64,000 nt of DNA, taken from assembly GCF_001447785.1 (NCBI RefSeq), contig NW_015165833.1, positions 806,608 to 870,607 of the forward strand. The letters run 5' to 3'. This DNA is from Gekko japonicus. Taxonomy: Eukaryota. Shown piece after piece: positions 1-9,592 of the stretch. Under the pieces are notes generated by a model. It did no database searches and was not told where the DNA came from. It worked only from the letters and a program-made list of their open reading frames with translations. The position numbers and the translations under genes were made by a program. The stretch's first letter is position 1, and every line of letters starts with the position of its first letter.

Positions 1-254
1 ATAGGTCAACCATTCCATGGAGTGACCAGCTTTTGTGTGGATGAGGATGTCGCAACTCAGCAGATTCGCTGTGGCCATGATCTCTGCATCAGTTGCCCAG
101 ACTCCATCATGAGAGATNNNNNNNNNNNNNNNNNNNNNNNNNNNNNNNNNAGTAGTCCTGTAGTTTCACTGTCAAGTCAGTGTTCATGTGGTGGATGACT
201 TTATTTCTAAGAAGGGAGTGGTTGTCCTCTGATCCTGTCAGGATGTAGCTGATG
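1..254 (-). pseudogene. OTU-like cysteine protease coding fragment (transposon cargo)
   Basis: 253-151 translates to ISYILTGSEDNHSLLRNKVIHHMNTDLTVKLQDY; 117-1 translates to ISHDGVWATDAEIMATANLLSCDILIHTKAGHSMEWLTY. This matches the OTU pattern (helix after GDGNCxFRA, HxxLR, DGxWATDxEI..A.LL...I.I). The catalytic Cys loop would lie in the N gap 255-322; the two pieces are separated by a 33-N gap. Confidence 0.75.
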
Positions 255-322
255 NNNNNNNNNNNNNNNNNNNNNNNNNNNNNNNNNNNNNNNNNNNNNN
301 NNNNNNNNNNNNNNNNNNNNNN

Positions 323-449
323 CAGAACACTCCTCTTGCACCCTGGGGCCGTCATTCTACTCCGTGGCCTGTCATTCCAGTTCCAGAACACTCCTGCTGC
401 ACCCTGGGGCTGTCATTCCACTCCGTGGCCTGTCATCCCAGTTACAGAA
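323..449. repeat. 61-bp minisatellite inside the Ginger-like element
   Basis: Units start at 323, 384 and 445 (cagaacactcct..gcaccctgggg..gtcatt..actccgtggcctgtcat..cagtt); N gaps on both sides. Confidence 0.9.
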
Positions 450-624
450 NNNNNNNNNNNNNNNNNNNNNNNNNNNNNNNNNNNNNNNNNNNNNNNNNNN
501 NNNNNNNNNNNNNNNNNNNNNNNNNNNNNNNNNNNNNNNNNNNNNNNNNNNNNNNNNNNNNNNNNNNNNNNNNNNNNNNNNNNNNNNNNNNNNNNNNNNN
601 NNNNNNNNNNNNNNNNNNNNNNNN

Positions 625-1270
625 GGCAGCGCCTCTGGCAACAGAAGGTGGTTCTCTCTGGTTATTGGGGAAGTATCTCTCTTAGTAGGAAAAGACAGCA
701 GCCCCAGAAAGCAGGCCTGGGGGGTTAATCTGGCTTGCGGGGGTTATTCTAGCCTAGGCCAGAGTAATCCCGGGGTTTCTCTGGCCGGGGGGTGAATGGG
801 GGGGTTATTCTGGCCTAGGCTAGAGTAACCCCGGGTTAAACCCCTTTACAATCCAAACCTTCTTTTGGGTTGTAAAGGGCAAGCAGTTCCTTATTAAAAT
901 CTCCTTAAGAATAATGTCATCATGGATGCACTCCAAATAGAAGAGTGTGGGGCCAGAACCAGTGTCTGGACTGGGCCGTGCTCTATGTCCTGTGGCTCTC
1001 TGGGTCAGGTTATAAGTGGGGTGCCCTCGGTATTTGGGCTTCCCAAGAGTAAAAGGCAGCGCCTCTGGCAACAGAAGGTGGTTCTCTCTGGTTATTGGGG
1101 AAGTATCTTTCTTAGTAGGAAAAGACATCAGCCCCAGAAAGCAGACCTGGGGGGTTAATCTGGCCTGGGGGGGTTATTCTAGCCTAGGCCAGAGTAACCC
1201 CGGGGTTACTCTGGCCAGGGGGGGGAATGGGGGGGTTATTCTAGGCTAGGCCAGAGTAACCCCGGGGTTA
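625..1270. repeat. Direct duplication of the subterminal/TIR segment (period 430 bp)
   Basis: 625-837 closely matches 1055-1270 (ggcagcgcctctggcaacagaagg... through the palindromic GGGGTTA(T/C)TCT units). Confidence 0.9.
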
Positions 1271-2158
1271 CTCTGGCCGGGGGGTTAATCCGGCCTGTTA
1301 CACCGGGAAACCGGCTGCGGGGCTCTCCGGGCCTTCCCCCCACCTCAGCATTTCAGCGCCGGCCTGGAGGACCCGGCAGCAGGGCTCTTTGGGCCTCCCC
1401 CTGGCCCCAGCCCTTTGGCGCGGGGAGCTGGGGGCGGGGCTTGCCAGGCCACCATTTACGCCAGGTCCTGTGCTTCTGGAGCAGTGCTCCAGCGCTCTCC
1501 AGCCCCAAAAGACCCCTAACCACCAAATGAGCTCTTGCATGTTGAACAAGGAGTAGAGGAAGCTGCCAAATAGGAACGACAACAGTCCTGTCACGAATCC
1601 TTCCCATGGATGCGGGATGCATTCTTCTGGAGGTCTAGGCAGCTTCTGGAAGCAAACCAAAGCCAGGCTACATTATGGGGATCACAGTCGCTCTTTCCAC
1701 CTCCTTAGCAGCAGGCACTAAAAATCTAAAAAGAACTAGTTTAATTTAGAATAATGCGACGTGCTTCCCCATTGAGCACCTCACCCGTGAAGGGTGATTA
1801 CATTGCTTTTTTGCATGTATGAAATATCTGAAATACTGATGGGTCTTTGGGGCCTCTTGTCAGGTGGGGAGGGGAGAACAGCCGGAGTAATGGGGGGGGG
1901 TCCCCTTCATGGGTGAAGTATTGTCTATTTATTATTATCCAGGAATGGAGATGGAGGCAGAAGCAAATAGGTGTGTTCAAAGGAAAGCATGCAAAATGAA
2001 TCAGTGGTAAATGGAGGTAATCGCCATCTTATTAGTACGGTGGTGCTTGTCTTGAAGCAAGATGGGACATGCGCAGAACAGCAGATGTCTCTGGGTAAAT
2101 CAAACACTTAACCCAATTTAAAAGGCAGTTCTGCAAGACGAAATCCTTTGCAAATATA

Positions 2159-2179
2159 GACACACACACACATATATAT

Positions 2180-2211
<32 letters not shown>

Positions 2212-2238
2212 CATACGCACACACACACACATACATAT
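2159..2238. repeat. Compound (CA)n/(TA)n/(CATA)n microsatellite
   Basis: Direct reading. Confidence 0.95.
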
Positions 2239-2473
2239 TTGCACAACCAGCCTGGATAGTGGAGGACAATGTAAGAATGATGTAGTGGGTCATTAAGCAC
2301 AAACTGAAAAGGATGTCACCCAAAGTTTGCTTTGCTATGCAAAACTCTTGCGCTTAATGTATGTTTGCTATACCCTACTCAGCCCTGTCTGGGTGGTTTT
2401 TGCAACAGCCTGCCGTCTCACACAGAGAAGCAAGGATTCATTCAACAGCCTACCATACTCGGAATGGGGGTAG

Positions 2474-2682
2474 AAAGTGTCGTCAAGTCACAGCTGACTT
2501 ATGATGACCCCATAGGGTTTGCAAAGCAAGAGACGAACAGAGGTGGTGTGCCATGGCCTGCCTCTGCGTAGCAACTCCGGACTTCCTTGGTGGTCCCCCA
2601 TCCCAGTACTACCCAGGAGCGATCCTGCTTAGCTTCCAAGGTCTGATAAGAACACATTAACCTGAGTCATCCAGGTCAGGGC
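2474..2682 (-). mobile_element. 5S-rRNA-derived SINE with RTE-like body/tail, subfamily A
   Basis: Reverse complement gives GCCCTGACCTGGAT head, AAGCTAAGCAGG box A, GGATGGG.GACC box C, then GGC.ATGGCA.ACCAC..TCTTGC and GGGTC..CATAAGTCAGCTGTGACTTGACG.CAC tail. Confidence 0.85.
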
Positions 2683-2794
2683 CCCCACCAAAGTTCACCC
2701 TGCTTATCTAGAAAGAGAGCCTTTCCCAAGCCAGTGAGGCTGAGAGACAACTGGAGAACACAGACACCAACCTACTTAGTTTTGAGCACTAAGT

Positions 2795-2868
2795 AATAAC
2801 CAGGGCTGACCCTGCTTAGCTTCTGAGATCTGACAAGATCTGGCTAGCCTGGGCCATCCATGTCAGCG
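2795..2868 (-). mobile_element. 5S-derived SINE, head only
   Basis: cagggctgaccctgcttagcttctgagatctgacaagatctggctagcctgggccatcca. Confidence 0.8.
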
Positions 2869-4444
2869 TGAACTCTAAGTAGATACTCTTATCTCATTCA
2901 CAACATGTCAGTTTGGTTGATCACATGAGACAGCCCTGTGGGCTTTCTTTAAAAGTTTCTGCTCTGGAATCCCCTGTCCGGGCCACTTCCAGTTGAACAA
3001 GCTTCCCTCCAATTTCAGTGTTCCATGAGTTTTATAGTTACTGTGTGGTTGGGAACCCACAGAAACAGGCAGTTTGCAGAATACTTCCATGGTCTTAAAC
3101 TCATAGTTTTCATGCATGGATTTGGATGCTTGCCCTATCTGCCCTTTCAAACAAGCTAATTGCTTCCTGCCATCTAGTGACTTCACAGATCAATTCACCT
3201 CTTAGAGAAAAAATATGCATGTTGTCACCNNNNNNNNNNNNNNNNNNNNNNNNNNNNNNNNNNNNAGCTACATGAACAGCCACTTCTGTGCCATGTGGAT
3301 TCCCCATATTACACAGCCAAGATAGAGGGTGTTGAACCAGATGATAGCTGGTCAAAGGTGGCTGGCACATTGCCACCCTGCCTTTGGAGACAGCAGTTTG
3401 GATTTCACATGCTCTGCCATTTGCAAACTTTTATGAAAATATCACCTTTCAGAAAGTCTTCCTTCAACTCTGATGCAATCACAAGCACCAGCAGCCAGCA
3501 GGTATAATGTAGGAAGGGAAGAAAGGCCCCAATAAACCCCACATTAAAATCAGATCTCAAATTCTGCAGCAAAAATTGTTCAAAAAGGAGCAGGATCGAT
3601 AGCCGCCTGTTCTCTTCTCTTCTATGTGTTGGTCTTATTGTTTCTAACAAAAAAGTGAAATCAATAACAGATGCTACTTATAGTTCATTTTTCAGCTCTC
3701 AATAGCCACAAATGCAATTTTGACCAAGAGTTGCGAATGATCTGTTATCTTGTCCAGCCAATCTTCTAGTCAGGTGGGGTGGGGTGGGGGGAATAGCTTC
3801 ATGTTGAACATTGGCTTTGCTCCCCTCCATTTCTGTCATAATAATTCAGAAATAGGCTGAGCTGACTGATCAATTGCATCATCTGAATGGAAGAGTTATT
3901 AATGCCTTGAAGCCCAGAGTCAAAAGTTTTCCAATCCATTAACCGTGCGCCCCATTGATTAAATAAACAAAGCACAGCCCCCTACCAGCTAGCTGGCGAT
4001 TTCTTTACAATGGAAGGCTAGGTGCTGTTCTGAGCTACCATTATAATGTAATTATTAAAACAGCATGAGATGATTCTCAGATTCCAACACAATGACTTCT
4101 TCTTGTGGCTAGGAATGTCCCAATAGTCTACTGAATGTATCTCTTATCTCTCTTACCCCGGCTTGTCTTTAAACCCCCTCCCCAACAATAACAATAACAG
4201 GACTGCATCCTTTCTTCAAAGAGAAATGTTTGAGAAGTGCAGGGGAGTAAGGATGCTATACAAAAAATCAACATAGAAAGCTTTGTTTGGCTGACTGCTC
4301 AGTTGACACAATCTAGGAACAATATGTGGTAACGGTCCACTGTCCTTTTCAAGGGGGTGAGTTCAGGTTGGCCGACACCCTCCATTTGGATGACTTGAGT
4401 TCATTGTTTGTATATTTACTTCATTTATACCCAGTCTTGAATCA

Positions 4445-5015
4445 TTCTTTCTTTCTTTATTTTATTTCATTTCATTTATTTTATTTCATTTATACCCCGC
4501 CCTCCCCGCAAGCGGGCTCAGGGCGGCTTACATAGGCACAAAGTGCAATAGCGGCAAAATAGGTTAAAAACAGGTAAGACTAAAATTCACAACAAACAGG
4601 ATACATGGGAGACTATATTACACACTCCCCATTGCATATCAGGAAGGGGTCAGAAAAGGGGGGGGACGCCATGGGCCACGATGTTCCAGATGACCAATCG
4701 GCCCAACCCGGCGATACTGTTCTGCAGTTGCACGGTGGTGGTAGTGGCAGCGGCGACTCCTACTCAAAAGCCTGGCAGAAGAGCTCCATCTTGCAGGCCC
4801 TGCAGAACTGTAAGAGGTCCCGCAGGGCCCTGATCTCTTCCGGGAGCTCATTCCACCAGGTAGGAGCCACCACCGAAAAGGCCCTGGCCCTTGTGGCAGC
4901 AAGCCTGTCCTCTTTAGGGCCCGGGGTCACCAGGCAGTGTTGTGACCCCGACCTAAGTGCTCTTTGGGGCCTGTGTGTGGAAAGGCGGTCCCTCAGGTAT
5001 GCCGGACCCTGGCCA
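4445..5015 (-). mobile_element. L2 LINE 3' end (ORF2 C-terminus, 3' UTR and TAAA-type tail)
   Basis: ORF 4760-5023 contains YLRDRLS..RPQRALRS...RAFSVVAPTWWNELPEEIR...FCRACKMELFCQAF, a typical L2 C-terminus; ataccccgcc...cagggcggcttaca 3' motif and (TTTA)-rich tail. Confidence 0.9.
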
Positions 5016-5020
5016 TTCTT

Positions 5021-5165
5021 CATTTTATCCTCACAAGAGCGTTGGGAGGTGTGTTAGGTTGGGAGTGTCTGAATGGCCCAAGGTCACCCAGCAAGCCCCC
5101 ATGGCAGAACGGGGATTCAAATCTGGGTCCCCCAGATCCTAGTCTGATGCTTTAGCTGCTAGATG
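5021..5165 (-). mobile_element. tRNA-derived SINE (Squam3-like)
   Basis: cattttatcctcacaa...gcccaaggtcacccagc...ggggattcaaatctggg (B box), shared with other copies in the window. Confidence 0.75.
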
Positions 5166-5189
5166 TCACAAATTGCCAAATCTATGATC

Positions 5190-5370
5190 GAAGGTCCTGT
5201 AGTTCACACATTTTGTATACGTAAGGTCCAAGGTCCAATCCCTGGCATCTACTGTTAGAAAGATTTTCAGTAGCAGGCCTGGGAAAAACCTCTGTCTGCT
5301 AAGGACCTTGGAGAGCTTCTGACAGTCAGGGTAGACAATAGATTGACCACTCTATGTCAACTTTCTGTGT
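5190..5370 (+). mobile_element. Degenerate tRNA-derived SINE (same family as 21218-21428)
   Basis: aaggtccaaggtccaatccctggcatct...gaaaaacctctgtctg...ccttggagagc...cagtcagggtagacaata. Confidence 0.65.
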
Positions 5371-5994
5371 CTGTCTTTCAGGAAGGCTATTTATTTAGAT
5401 AATGTTAGAAAATTTTTAAAAGTCTGCTTCTGAATATCTCAGAAGTGTCCTGGGACTGCAGGAAGCACTTCTCAGAACAGATGCCTTGCCAGCCACTTCC
5501 CATTCTTAAGACACATGTGCTAGGTTAAAGTTTTGGGCAGTCTCTGGGTCTTTTCCTACTGGATCTTTTAGTAGGAAACATACCCATGGGCCCATTTCCA
5601 CCTCCTTTGTCTGGAGTATTTGAAATGCACCACTTAATATTGCTGGGCTCAACTGTGGATTTACAAAAGGGGTGTATTACCTGATCTTGAGCTACTGGGA
5701 GATTATTGAGTTAGGAGCCTGAGGACTTTTCCACAATTGCCAGCCAAATTTCTTTTGACCAAACTCCTTGCTCACATGTGGGTTGAGCCCCCTTGCTGGA
5801 TCTCCTCAGTGTTGCTGTTTAATGTCTGGAGCAAATGCTATGTAAAATGATTCACTTGTGCTACAGGATCTCAACTTCATCATGCCTTTTTAGAGACATT
5901 TCATAACTTCTGTGTGCAGTGCGCCTGTGGCCTCATTTGCACCTGCACAGAGACTGCTTAGTCTTCTCAACCCCCAGAGAAGAGGGCACATCTG

Positions 5995-6166
5995 GGGGTT
6001 AGGTAGGGCTGAAAGACCTCTTTTCAGAACTATCCTTGAGAGAACAGCTCTGACAGAACTATGGCTTGCCCAAGGTCATCCAGCAGCTGCAAGTGGAGGA
6101 GTGGGGAATCAAACCTGGTTCTCCCAGATTAGAGTCCATGCACTTAACCACTGCACCAAACTGGCC
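5995..6166 (-). mobile_element. tRNA-derived SINE, Squam3 long (gecko-type) form
   Basis: Reverse complement GCCAGTTTGGTGCAGTGGTTAAG...GGTTTGATTCCCCACTCCTCCAC, with the extra CTGTTCTCTCAAGGATAGTTC middle segment. Confidence 0.85.
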
Positions 6167-7434
6167 TAGTGGTCTGATTCAGTAATAGGCAGCTGCCTGT
6201 GACAGCAAATTGTGGAGCCATAAGACATACGGCCACCAATGGTATAAGTCTCAACACAAAATCTGAACATGTAGAACACTTTTTCCCCATTTAACAATGT
6301 GTCTTTTATGTTGGAGGTGTTCGTGTGCAGGCCACGGGAGTGTGTGGGGCAAACTGTAAGAAAAGAAACATGAACTCATACCTCCATAAGTAATATTTTT
6401 CTCACCATCAGACATGTTTGAACTGTTTGGGTGGCAGACGCCTCATCCATCAAATATTTGGCTTCTGTGATCACTACCTGAGAGCTGGATGTGAGGTGAT
6501 GCTTGTGCCATTATGCTCTTTTGCAGAATCTAGGACACGGACTCGCTATTATCAGTCTCCTTGGCAAACATCACTTACAGGACCTCACTGAGCTTTGTGC
6601 AGAGCAGAGATGCAAAAAGAGGGTCAGGGGAATCATGACGGTGTCTCCAGACTGTCATGGGCATTACATGAATCCTGTCTAGGAGAAATTAGGGTTCATC
6701 TCAGCATGGTAGCAAAGACAACGTTCCACTTTCTGTACATCTAAGCACATGCTTTCCAAAACTTCCTTTCTGCAAACTATTTCATTTCTAAGAATATAAA
6801 TGATATACATAGCTGCTTCCAAAACAATCTGCACATGTTTAAATTAAAAGCTAGTATCACCTGCTGCAACGGGGCAGAGGAAGACACACAAACGGAGTAA
6901 TTTTTTGCAATTAAATGTCCATTAAGCATAGCTAATTAGTCCAGGGGCTTCACATTTATTGAGTTAGCCAATCAGTGTTTCCCTTCTTGGACTGAAACAC
7001 AATCCCTCCCACCCCCCGTTCAAATTGCCCAGTCCTGTCTGAAGGATGAAGAGATGGAGGAAGAGAAGGCAAATTTGACTGAACAATAGAAAAACCTGAG
7101 TTTTCACCCTTAAGCATTTGGGAAATGGGGGTGAGTGGGGGACTGTTGTGAGTGTGTATCTGACAGGGGAGCCCTCCACGAAACACCACTTTAAAAATGT
7201 AGGAACATTTAGAGAGTTGAACATGTTCCAACATAAATACAAAACAATTCAGGTAAATAATAATTTGTGATTTTTTGGATCCTAATGAACAAAATAGTTT
7301 ACACACTTTAAGTTTTCTCAATAATAAACTGTTTTTTCAATAAACACAATGATCCTATTGTAATGATTCTCGAGTTCGCATGGTGGTGTATTTTCAAAAG
7401 GCTGCCTAGATCACGCCATGTCCCGCTGCCCCAC

Positions 7435-7475
7435 CTCTCTCTCTCTCTCTCTTTCACACACACACACACACACAC
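7435..7475. repeat. (CT)n(CA)n microsatellite
   Basis: Direct reading. Confidence 0.9.
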
Positions 7476-7562
7476 GAAGCTACCTTGAGTCAGCCTCTTT
7501 ATCTCTCCAGTGTAGTCCTGCCTCCTCTGACTGGGGCGAGGCTGTGGCTCAGTGTCCCAGGT

Positions 7563-7645
7563 TCATAAGAACATAATAAGAACATAAGAGAAGCCAATGT
7601 TGGATCGGGCCAATGGCCCATCTAGTCCAACACTCTGTCACACAG
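7563..7645 (-). mobile_element. CR1 LINE 3' tail fragment
   Basis: (CATAAGAA)n is the reverse complement of the (TTCTTATG)n CR1 tail; adjoining sequence matches 59283-59336. Confidence 0.85.
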
Positions 7646-8322
7646 GAGCTTCATGAATACAGTATCAGGAATCTGTGCACTGTAGTAGTGATGGTCTCCT
7701 TATCCACCAAGCACTTGGAACCGCTGTCTATGGTAGGTAAAATTCTCCTTTCCGCCATCTGGAAAAAAAGGGGGGGGGGGCTTAAGGCATGATGGTCTGT
7801 GTTCCTAAACAGCTCCTTGAAGTCAGGCCACAGCTGCAGAAGCAGCACGCTCTGCTTTGAGACGGGTGGGCCTTCCCAGTTTGAAAGGTCAGGACACGTA
7901 ACAAAGCTGGGCTATTACAGCTAATGCCGCTCTGCTCATGCCAGTTAATTTGCCATCCTGATGAAACTCTTAGAAGAAATAGCGATTAGAGCTCTCTCTC
8001 CCTGGACAGGCTAATTGCCAGAGCAGCTAAGAAGATGTTGGGCCAAGCCAGAGAAAGGCCAGAGTGCACCTTGATGAGAGTGTCAGTAATTTAGGGTTAA
8101 AGGGCTGAAAGAGCTGTTGACCCCCTGAAAATTATTGTGTTTGTAGGCAATCCCCCTGGCAAGAACAGCTCTCTCTCTCTCTTTCCCCCCTCTCACATGT
8201 TGAGTAATAGGTACTTGCCTGAAGGATCTACAGGCCTGTGTTTCTCAAAGATTGGCTTCTCCTGCTGCCTGAAGGATAATTCTCTGTTCAGATCTTGTAA
8301 TGCCTCAAGACTTGAAGGTTAA

Positions 8323-8540
8323 AGCCTGACCAGGATAGCACAAGCTTGATCTCATCAGATCTCAGAAGCTAAGCAGGGCCGACTCTGGCAAGTACTTGGA
8401 TGGGAGACCTCCTTGGAATACCAGCAGTTGGGAGGCGGGTGCAGGCTTTATTCAACTGTCTCTCTGAATATCCTCCAGCCCTCAGTACGGTTCATTCACC
8501 AGAGGCCGCCATGACTTCCAGGCGCACACACACGCACATA
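8323..8540 (+). mobile_element. 5S-derived SINE, subfamily C (longer 5S match, different body)
   Basis: gatctcatcagatctcagaagctaagcagggccgactctggcaagtacttggatgggagacctccttggaatacc follows 5S +31 to +105; ends gccatgacttccaggcgcacacacac. Confidence 0.85.
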
Positions 8541-8667
8541 TATAAAAAAATACAACCAGCTACAAGCATTCAAACCTATTGCAATAGAACTGCCACCTTT
8601 ACCCTGACTCCAGTACGATGCTGTTCCAGTTGGGAGGAGAGCAGACTGCTCTGTCATTTTTAGTTGA

Positions 8668-8831
8668 TGAGAGTGGTCTGGTGGATAAGCAGCGAGGCAT
8701 CAGCCTTGGAGCCAGGGGCTCACATCCCACTTTGGACAGTGACTGTGCGGCTCTGGAGAAGTCACCATTTCCCCACCTCTCACTGGGCCGCTTGGGTAGG
8801 GCGGGATATAAATCCCAAGTAAATAAATAAA
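8668..8831 (+). mobile_element. Short tRNA-derived SINE with L2-type (TAAA)n tail
   Basis: gtggtctggtggataag A-box-like head; gggcgggatataaat...aaataaataaa end. Confidence 0.6.
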
Positions 8832-8899
8832 TGTTAAAATTTTAGTTTAGCAAAGTAATTTTTTTTGCCCATCATGGAAGTGTGTCACTTGCTAATGTC

Positions 8900-9096
8900 T
8901 AATCCACAGCCAATTTAGGGTGACCTCATAGGGTTTTGGGTCAAGAGACATTCAGAGATGGTTTGCCTTTGCCTGCCTTGGCATAGCAATCCTTGACTTC
9001 CTTGGTGGTTTCCCATCTAATTACTAACCGGGGCTGACCCTGTTTAGCTTCTGAGATCTGACAAGATCAGGCCAGCCTGGGCCCTCCAGGCCAGGG
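8900..9096 (-). mobile_element. 5S-derived SINE, subfamily A
   Basis: Same head, box A, box C and RTE-like tail as 2474-2682. Confidence 0.85.
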
Positions 9097-9486
9097 AACT
9101 TAATCTATACAAAGCACTTTTCCTCATGATCCAGGTTTTGATAACCCTTACAGCAGTAGCAAACAATCTTGTTTCATGGATGTCTTGAAAGGCACAATTA
9201 CAGATATGATCAATCTGGAAATTTGTCTAACTCTCATTCCAGGAAGCAGATCCTGCTCCACCAATTGCCCATCACTGATGGAAACAAGGAGCAAGTATCA
9301 GGAAACGCAGTATCTGTTTGGACTCACACTTGGGGCAAATTCTCTACACAATGGCTATTGGACCACTGATGGGACCCAGCAGGGGTTGTTGCATTATTGT
9401 GTCTCCAAGCTCAAACTTACTGTCTCCCTTTGCACAAGATGGCCCACCCCTCAGACAGCAGGAGCTGCCGGCAACATCCCTTTGCC

Positions 9487-9592
9487 TGACTCATGCAGTT
9501 GATGGAGAGATGGCGCTCCAGTGGATTCATTTTACTCTTATTGTGGAGCCTTCACTGTAACCTTTAGAACCAGGTGACTCATCTCTGACTCA
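9487..9592. promoter_or_regulatory. Cluster of three AP-1 sites (TGACTCA), candidate enhancer
   Basis: Exact TGACTCA at 9487, 9575 and 9586 in non-repeat sequence. Confidence 0.4.

Larger units (their letters stand above)
1..1302 (-). mobile_element. Probable Ginger1 DNA transposon (one end; internally deleted or non-autonomous copy running off the window edge)
   Basis: Minus-strand terminus TGTAACAGGCCGG at 1302, directly flanked by CCGG (1303-1306). About 150 bp of terminal sequence is built from GGCCAGAGTAACCCCGGGGTTACTCTGGCC palindromes, and there is an internal OTU-like coding segment. TGTNR termini, CCGG/CCGT TSDs and OTU cargo are described Ginger1 hallmarks. The other end is not in the window. 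Confidence 0.7.

Noticed and set aside
323-449. CRISPR-like repeat array
   Set aside because: Contiguous tandem units with no spacers, in a vertebrate context.
1-1302. Helitron/Helentron or host OTUD gene as the source of the OTU segment
   Set aside because: The TGTAA terminus with CCGG flank and long palindromic TIR fit Ginger1 better; not fully excluded without the other end.
3456-3479. 24-nt minus-strand micro-exon (ELKEDFLK) possibly splicing to VPAAKEVERATVIPIM* near 1670-1717
   Set aside because: Phases are compatible but the splice sites are weak and I recognise no protein; not supportable.
8340-8425. 5S rRNA gene (and other 5S-like matches)
   Set aside because: The 5S 5' end and terminator are missing and the match continues into a SINE body; these are SINE heads.
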